Positions 48,532 through 52,460 of a stretch of DNA of 52,460 bases are shown here, piece by piece. The notes under the pieces are model-generated. The model saw only the letters and a list, made by a program, of their open reading frames with translations, was not told where the DNA came from and made no database searches. The first letter of the stretch is position 1, and every line of letters starts with the position of its first letter. The translations under genes and the position numbers were made by a program. The stretch spans positions 1-52,460 of the forward strand of contig JBGQGY010000010.1 in the NCBI GenBank assembly GCA_041497675.1, written 5' to 3'. This DNA comes from a bacterium (GTDB taxonomy: Bacteria > Sysuimicrobiota > Sysuimicrobiia > Sysuimicrobiales > Humicultoraceae).

Positions 48532-48861
48532 CTAGCGACGAGCCTTTCTTTCGGCCTTGCGAGAACTTCGTTTCCTGGAAGAGGGTGTCGCCGATGCAGA
48601 CTCCGCGCCCGCATAGGCTTGCCTCCACTCCCTCACAAGCTCCTGGACGCCAACCGCACCCCCGGATCCTCCGACAGCTTCCTCGAGGAGCCGAGCGTCT
48701 CGCTCCATCTCCAGTTCCCGGAGCCGCCGCAGCTCATCCACCGAAATCAGCGCCGCCTCCGGTTTCCCGCGGCTCCCGACGGTCACCGTCTCCCCCTTGT
48801 ACGCCGCCCTCTTGACGAGTTCGGAGAATTGTCGCTTGGCGTCCGCGATCCGATAAATCAT
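48532..48861 (-). CDS. Type II antitoxin, Phd/YefM family
   Basis: IADAKRQFSELVKRA..GETVTV..RGKPEAALIS; GAGGTG SD; stop abuts the toxin ATG. Confidence 0.88.
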   Translation of the reverse strand: MIYRIADAKRQFSELVKRAAYKGETVTVGSRGKPEAALISVDELRRLRELEMERDARLLEEAVGGSGGAVGVQELVREWRQAYAGAESASATPSSRKRSSRKAERKARR

Positions 48862-48890
48862 CCCGCACCTCACATTTGATCTGAATAGCC

Positions 48891-48930
48891 TATGTGCTCA
48901 ATATATACTATTTGGAACATATGTTGTCAA
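48891..48930 (-). promoter_or_regulatory. Toxin-antitoxin promoter/operator
   Basis: Minus strand TTGACA (48930-48925), 17 nt, TATATA; overlapped by an imperfect inverted repeat (48891-48903 / 48909-48921, 10 of 13 matching) and the palindrome AACATATGTT (48916-48925). Confidence 0.65.
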
Positions 48931-48999
48931 TGATCGAGCGGGACCCAGGTAGCCGTCGGCGTGTTGACCGCCAGAACCATCCTGTACGATCGCCACGGA

Positions 49000-49354
49000 T
49001 GGGAACCGCGAAGACGCCGGTACCCTTGATTCACAAACACATCCTGCCTGCGTCCACGATCTATACCGATGAATTGCCAGCGTACGCGCGACTGAAAAGG
49101 GCGGGTATCAGCACAAGCGCGTCCATCACTCCGCGAAAGTCTACGTCGATGGGGACGTGCATACCAACACGATTGATGGGTTCTGGATGTTGCTGAAGAA
49201 CGGCTTGCGGGGCGTTCACCACGGTGTGTCTGGCAAGCACTTGCAGGCTTACTTGGACGAATACACCTTCCGGTACAACAACCGGAAAGATCGACGTGGA
49301 ATGTTCAATGCGATGTTGTCCCGCGTCCAGAAGACTTCGCCGGGGTCTTCTTAA
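49000..49354 (+). pseudogene. IS1595-family transposase remnant (5' truncated, frameshifted near 49105)
   Basis: Frame 1 PLIHKHILPASTIYTDELPAY; shifted frame YQHKRVHHSAKVYVDGDVHTNTIDGFWMLLKNGLRGVHHGVSGKHLQAYLDEYTFRYN, the IS1595 DDE-domain signature. Confidence 0.88.
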
Positions 49355-49478
49355 TCGTGCGGTCCAACTCGTCGAAGAATCGACCACGAGCAGGGACTGG
49401 GATCTCCAATCCCTTGTGCGTTTTCTGGCGCGGTTCTTTTCGCTGTCTGGGGGACTTGTTGTCTGCGCGTTTTCCCAT
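49305..49478 (-). CDS. Small basic protein (57 aa) convergent with the transposase remnant; below the ORF-track cut-off
   Basis: GGAGG SD then MGKRADNKSPRQRKEPRQKTHKGLEIPVPARGRFFDELDRTIKKTPAKSSGRGTTSH*. Confidence 0.55.
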   Translation of the reverse strand: MGKRADNKSPRQRKEPRQKTHKGLEIPVPARGRFFDELDRTIKKTPAKSSGRGTTSH

Positions 49479-49501
49479 AGTGCCTCCATTCTAATCGTTC
49501 C

Positions 49502-49711
49502 ATGACTAAAAAACCTAAGCGCACTTGTGTTTTCTGCGGGGGCTATCCCGTTACGAGAGAACATTTGTGGCCTCAATGGATAGGCGAAATACTGGCAAGT
49601 CGGCACCCAATCCCGTTCAAAGCAAGTCTCGAAAAACCTGGAGAACAGCCCCGCAGATCCTTTGACGACAATACGCTTGTCGCTTTTACAAAACGCTTGG
49701 ACTTCATTTGA
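49502..49711 (+). pseudogene. N-terminal fragment of an HNH-like zinc-binding endonuclease
   Basis: RTCVFCG...TREHLWPQW is the first half of an HNH motif (CxxC...EH..P); the second CxxCN half is missing. Confidence 0.6.
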
Positions 49712-49738
49712 TTCTCCCGTACTTTCGTCAAGGGGATA

Positions 49739-49770
49739 ATATTGACATTCATCAATATAAGTGTTAACTT
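49739..49770 (+). promoter_or_regulatory. ars promoter with ArsR operator
   Basis: TTGACA 49742-49747, 17 nt, TGn-TAACTT 49765-49770; perfect inverted repeat ATATTGA-N6-TCAATAT (49739-49758) over the -35. Confidence 0.75.
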
Positions 49771-49777
49771 TCCAGGC

Positions 49778-50131
49778 ATGGCGACACAACAGCTCGCGCA
49801 GGCCAAGACGGCCTGTTGTCCCCAGTGTGGGTGTACATCACATGCCGACGCCGTCGATCTCGACGCGCTCCAGGCCACCGGCGGGCTCTTCAACGCGCTG
49901 GGTGACCCGATCCGGCTGGGTATTGTTGATCTATTGTCCAGGCATGACAGGATGTGCGTGTGCGACATCGCCGAGGCCTTCCCGGTGGGGCAGCCGACCA
50001 TCTCCCACCACCTGCGCCTCCTGCGCGAAGCCGGCGTTGTCGACTGCGTCCGAGAAGGTCACTGGGCGTATTACTGGGTGCGCCGGGACACGCTCAAACG
50101 GGCCGCGCAAGAGATGCTGCGGTTTCTTTAA
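49778..50131 (+). CDS. arsR: ArsR/SmtB metalloregulator
   Basis: FNALGDPIRL, MCVCDI As(III)-binding motif, QPTISHHLRLLREAG, REGHWAYY; extra N-terminal CCPQCGC. Confidence 0.92.
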   Translation: MATQQLAQAKTACCPQCGCTSHADAVDLDALQATGGLFNALGDPIRLGIVDLLSRHDRMCVCDIAEAFPVGQPTISHHLRLLREAGVVDCVREGHWAYYWVRRDTLKRAAQEMLRFL

Positions 50132-50146
50132 TATCGAAGAATATTG

Positions 50147-50599
50147 ATGAATCATCGCATGCCTACGTTGACGATTGATGAAGGTCGCGTCCAAGACCTG
50201 CCGGATATCCGCGCGCTGCTGCAAGGCACGGGCATCGCTTCGGACGTCGACCGTCTCATCACCTGCTTCCTTGTGGCCCGAGAGAACGGCCGGGTGGTCG
50301 GCTGCGCCGCGCTCGAAGAGTATGTGGGCGCGGGTCTGTTGCGCTCCGTCGCCGTCGGCCCCTCCCACCGCAACCGCGGGCTGGCACGCAGCCTGGTCAC
50401 GGCGTTGATCGAGCGCGCCCGCTCACGGGGTCTGCCGGCCGTATATCTGCTGACCGATACGGCGGCCGACTACTTTGCACGCCACGGGTTCCGCACGATC
50501 ACGCGGGCGCAGGTCAAACCCGCGGTGCTGGCCTCTGAACAGTTCCGCGGGGAGAATTGCGCGTCGTCAACCGTGATGGTGCTCGAACTATCCGCATGA
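50147..50599 (+). CDS. arsN2: Arsenic-resistance-associated GNAT N-acetyltransferase (ArsN2-like)
   Basis: VVGCAALE, GLLRSVAV, RNRGLA, YLLTDTAADYFARHGF, SEQF...CASSTVM; located between arsR and arsM. Confidence 0.8.
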   Translation: MNHRMPTLTIDEGRVQDLPDIRALLQGTGIASDVDRLITCFLVARENGRVVGCAALEEYVGAGLLRSVAVGPSHRNRGLARSLVTALIERARSRGLPAVYLLTDTAADYFARHGFRTITRAQVKPAVLASEQFRGENCASSTVMVLELSA

Positions 50600-50622
50600 A
50601 GCAGATCCCAGGAGGAGTGAAC

Positions 50623-51366
50623 ATGAACATGGATGAGCAGGCCATTCGTCTTGCCGTGCGCGAGCGGTACGCGCGGGCCGCGGCCGGCGGATCGTGTTGC
50701 GGCGACACCGTCTCAGGTGACGCCGCGGGGTCGTGCTGCGGCGGCGCGACGCTTACGTTCCACGATGGGCGGGCGGTGCCCGAGGATATTGCGGGCGCAT
50801 CGCTCGGTTGCGGGGCGCCGATCGACGCGGCTGCGCTGCAGCCCGGCGAAACGGTCGTCGATTTGGGCAGCGGAGCGGGTCTGGACATCTTCCTCGCCGC
50901 GGCCCGGGTTGGCCCGAGCGGACGGGCGATCGGTATCGACATGACACCCGAGATGATCGCGAAGGCCCGCGGCAACTCCGCGCGCCTGGAAGTCACCAAC
51001 GCCGAGTTCCGCCTAGGCGAGATCGAGCATCTGCCCGTGACCGGCGCAAGCGTCGACGTCGTGATCAGCAACTGCGTGATCAATCTGCTCCCCGACAAGC
51101 GCCCGGCATTCGTCGAAGCCTTTCGGATCCTGCGCCCGGGCGGCCGCCTGCTCGTCTCGGATATCGTCAGCACCGAACCACTGCCGGCCTGGATGAAGAC
51201 GGCCGAGCAATGGACCGCCTGTATCGGCGGGGCGATTCCGGTCGACGAGTATCTCGACGCGATTCGGCAGGCGGGATTCACTGATGTCGAGGTGCTGTCC
51301 AGGCGCGCGTACGCGCCCGTACTGTTCAGCGCGACGATCCGCGCGTCGAAACCTGTTGGCAACTGA
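50623..51366 (+). CDS. arsM: Arsenite S-adenosylmethionine methyltransferase
   Basis: VRERY, SCCG, SLGCGAP, VDLGSGAGLD, GIDMTPEM, GEIEHLP, ISNCVINL.PDK, WTACIGGA; GGAGGAG SD. Confidence 0.92.
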   Translation: MNMDEQAIRLAVRERYARAAAGGSCCGDTVSGDAAGSCCGGATLTFHDGRAVPEDIAGASLGCGAPIDAAALQPGETVVDLGSGAGLDIFLAAARVGPSGRAIGIDMTPEMIAKARGNSARLEVTNAEFRLGEIEHLPVTGASVDVVISNCVINLLPDKRPAFVEAFRILRPGGRLLVSDIVSTEPLPAWMKTAEQWTACIGGAIPVDEYLDAIRQAGFTDVEVLSRRAYAPVLFSATIRASKPVGN

Positions 51367-51405
51367 CAGTCTCACGCTACACCCGATAGGGTAATGTAGA
51401 TGTAG

Positions 51406-52460
51406 ATGTTCCGGACGGATCCGCGTTTCCCACGAGCGCTGGCACTGGTCCTGGTGCCGGCGCTCGCATGTGCGGGCGTTCTGGTCTCTGGCGCCGCGCC
51501 GGCGGCTGCCCAAGCCGATCTCGATCCCCTGGTCACGCGGGTCCAGCAGTCACAGTGTCGCGAAGGGCTGGACGGGCTCGCGTTGATGGCGTTCGGGCCG
51601 GATCTGGATGCTCAGCGCGCGGCGTATCTCTTCGGATGGTGCCTGACGCGGCTGGGGCGGTACGCCGACGCGGCCCTGGCCTTTCAGACGGCGGCAGCCC
51701 ACCCGACGCTTGGTGGCTACGCGCGGGTCGAGGAGATCACGGCGCGCATGAAGTCCGGCGACACGACCGGGGCGATCTCGACCCTCAGGGAACTCGCGCC
51801 TGGCGCACCCCCCACCCTACGCCGCCGCGCGTATGGCGCCCTCGGTGAGGCCGAACTCAGCGCAGGTCACCCCGAGAGCGCGCTCTCAGCCTTCGCGTCG
51901 GCGGCCGCGGCTCGCCCCGACGACGCAGCAGCGTGGCTGCGGCTCGGCACTGCGGCGGCAGAAGCGGGGCGACGTGAACTGGCCCGGCAGGGTCTCGCCT
52001 ACGCGGCCTGGGCGTTTCCGGGCGACCCGGTCGAACCCGCGGCGCGCGAAGCCTTCACGCGCGTCTTGGGCCGCCCGGTCGCGCCAGGCGACGCCCCTCC
52101 GGAAGCCAGGATGGAGCGCGGTCGGCGACTGTACCGCGACGGCGAGTCGGCGCAGGCAGAAACGGAGTTTCGCGCCTTCGTCGCCGCCAGATCGGCAGGC
52201 GCGGCCGCGGCCGAGGCCTGGTATCGCATCGGAGAACTTCGTCTGGGCGGGGATGCAAAAGGCGCGTTTGAAGGCTTCCGGCGCGCCGCCAGCCTGGGAT
52301 GGGACCTGCCGCTCAGCTACTATTGGATGGCATTTGCCGCGCGCCGCGCCGGGCGCAGCGCCGATGCCGCCGCCGCGGTCGCGGCCCTGTCGCGGGTCGC
52401 ACCTGAAGGGCCGTGGAAGGCGCAGACGTGGATAGGTCGGGCGCTGCGGGCCGAGGACGA
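51406..52460 (+). CDS. Secreted TPR-repeat protein, 3' truncated by window edge (possibly the N-terminus of a soluble lytic transglycosylase)
   Basis: Frame is open from ATG 51406 to the window end and absent from the ORF track for lack of a stop: MFRTDPRFPRALALVLVPALACAGVLVSGAAPAAAQ signal peptide, then TPR-like units (AAYLFGWCL..LGRYADA, AWLRLG, EAWYRIG, YYWMA). Confidence 0.75.
   Translation, partial: MFRTDPRFPRALALVLVPALACAGVLVSGAAPAAAQADLDPLVTRVQQSQCREGLDGLALMAFGPDLDAQRAAYLFGWCLTRLGRYADAALAFQTAAAHPTLGGYARVEEITARMKSGDTTGAISTLRELAPGAPPTLRRRAYGALGEAELSAGHPESALSAFASAAAARPDDAAAWLRLGTAAAEAGRRELARQGLAYAAWAFPGDPVEPAAREAFTRVLGRPVAPGDAPPEARMERGRRLYRDGESAQAETEFRAFVAARSAGAAAAEAWYRIGELRLGGDAKGAFEGFRRAASLGWDLPLSYYWMAFAARRAGRSADAAAAVAALSRVAPEGPWKAQTWIGRALRAED

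Noticed and set aside
49061..49789. 242-aa minus strand ORF
   Set aside because: Runs antisense across the transposase relic, HNH fragment and ars promoter, with no coherent motif.

Overview
High-GC bacterial chromosomal window with dense coding. I saw no rRNA, tRNA or CRISPR array. In order: the 3' end of adenine deaminase; a small lower-GC insert with two orphan ORFs; a minus-strand run htrA-nagZ-nagA-xpt-small hypothetical; an M19-family dipeptidase homolog; a zinc-ribbon/adenylate-cyclase/STAND-ATPase/TPR protein; accD-accA-accB-accC; an SPFH protein, a DUF374-like acyltransferase and an M20 peptidase. A ~16 kb surface-glycan locus (17.5-33.8 kb) follows, with wzm/wzt, an O-antigen-ligase-like gene, rmlDACB, GT4 and GT4+GT2 glycosyltransferases, and a six-gene + strand cassette (methyltransferase, HpcH-like aldolase, SDR lacking its catalytic Tyr, polyprenyl-P GT2, methyltransferase, GT-C membrane transferase). 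Next come a peptide ABC system without its ATPase, a stand-alone membrane sensor-like gene, a carboxylesterase, an orphan sugar ABC ATPase, a bifunctional PGI/PMI and a GH57-based glycogen cluster with glgC. The window ends with a ~3.2 kb accessory patch (Phd/RelE toxin-antitoxin, decayed IS1595 element with passenger fragments, arsR-arsN2-arsM) and the start of a secreted TPR protein. The best candidate for an undescribed system is the aldolase/atypical-SDR/GT2/GT-C/methyltransferase cassette, which may make and transfer an unusual, possibly branched and methylated, sugar. All calls come from motif reading only; no database search was run, and many start codons are my refinements of the ORF track.
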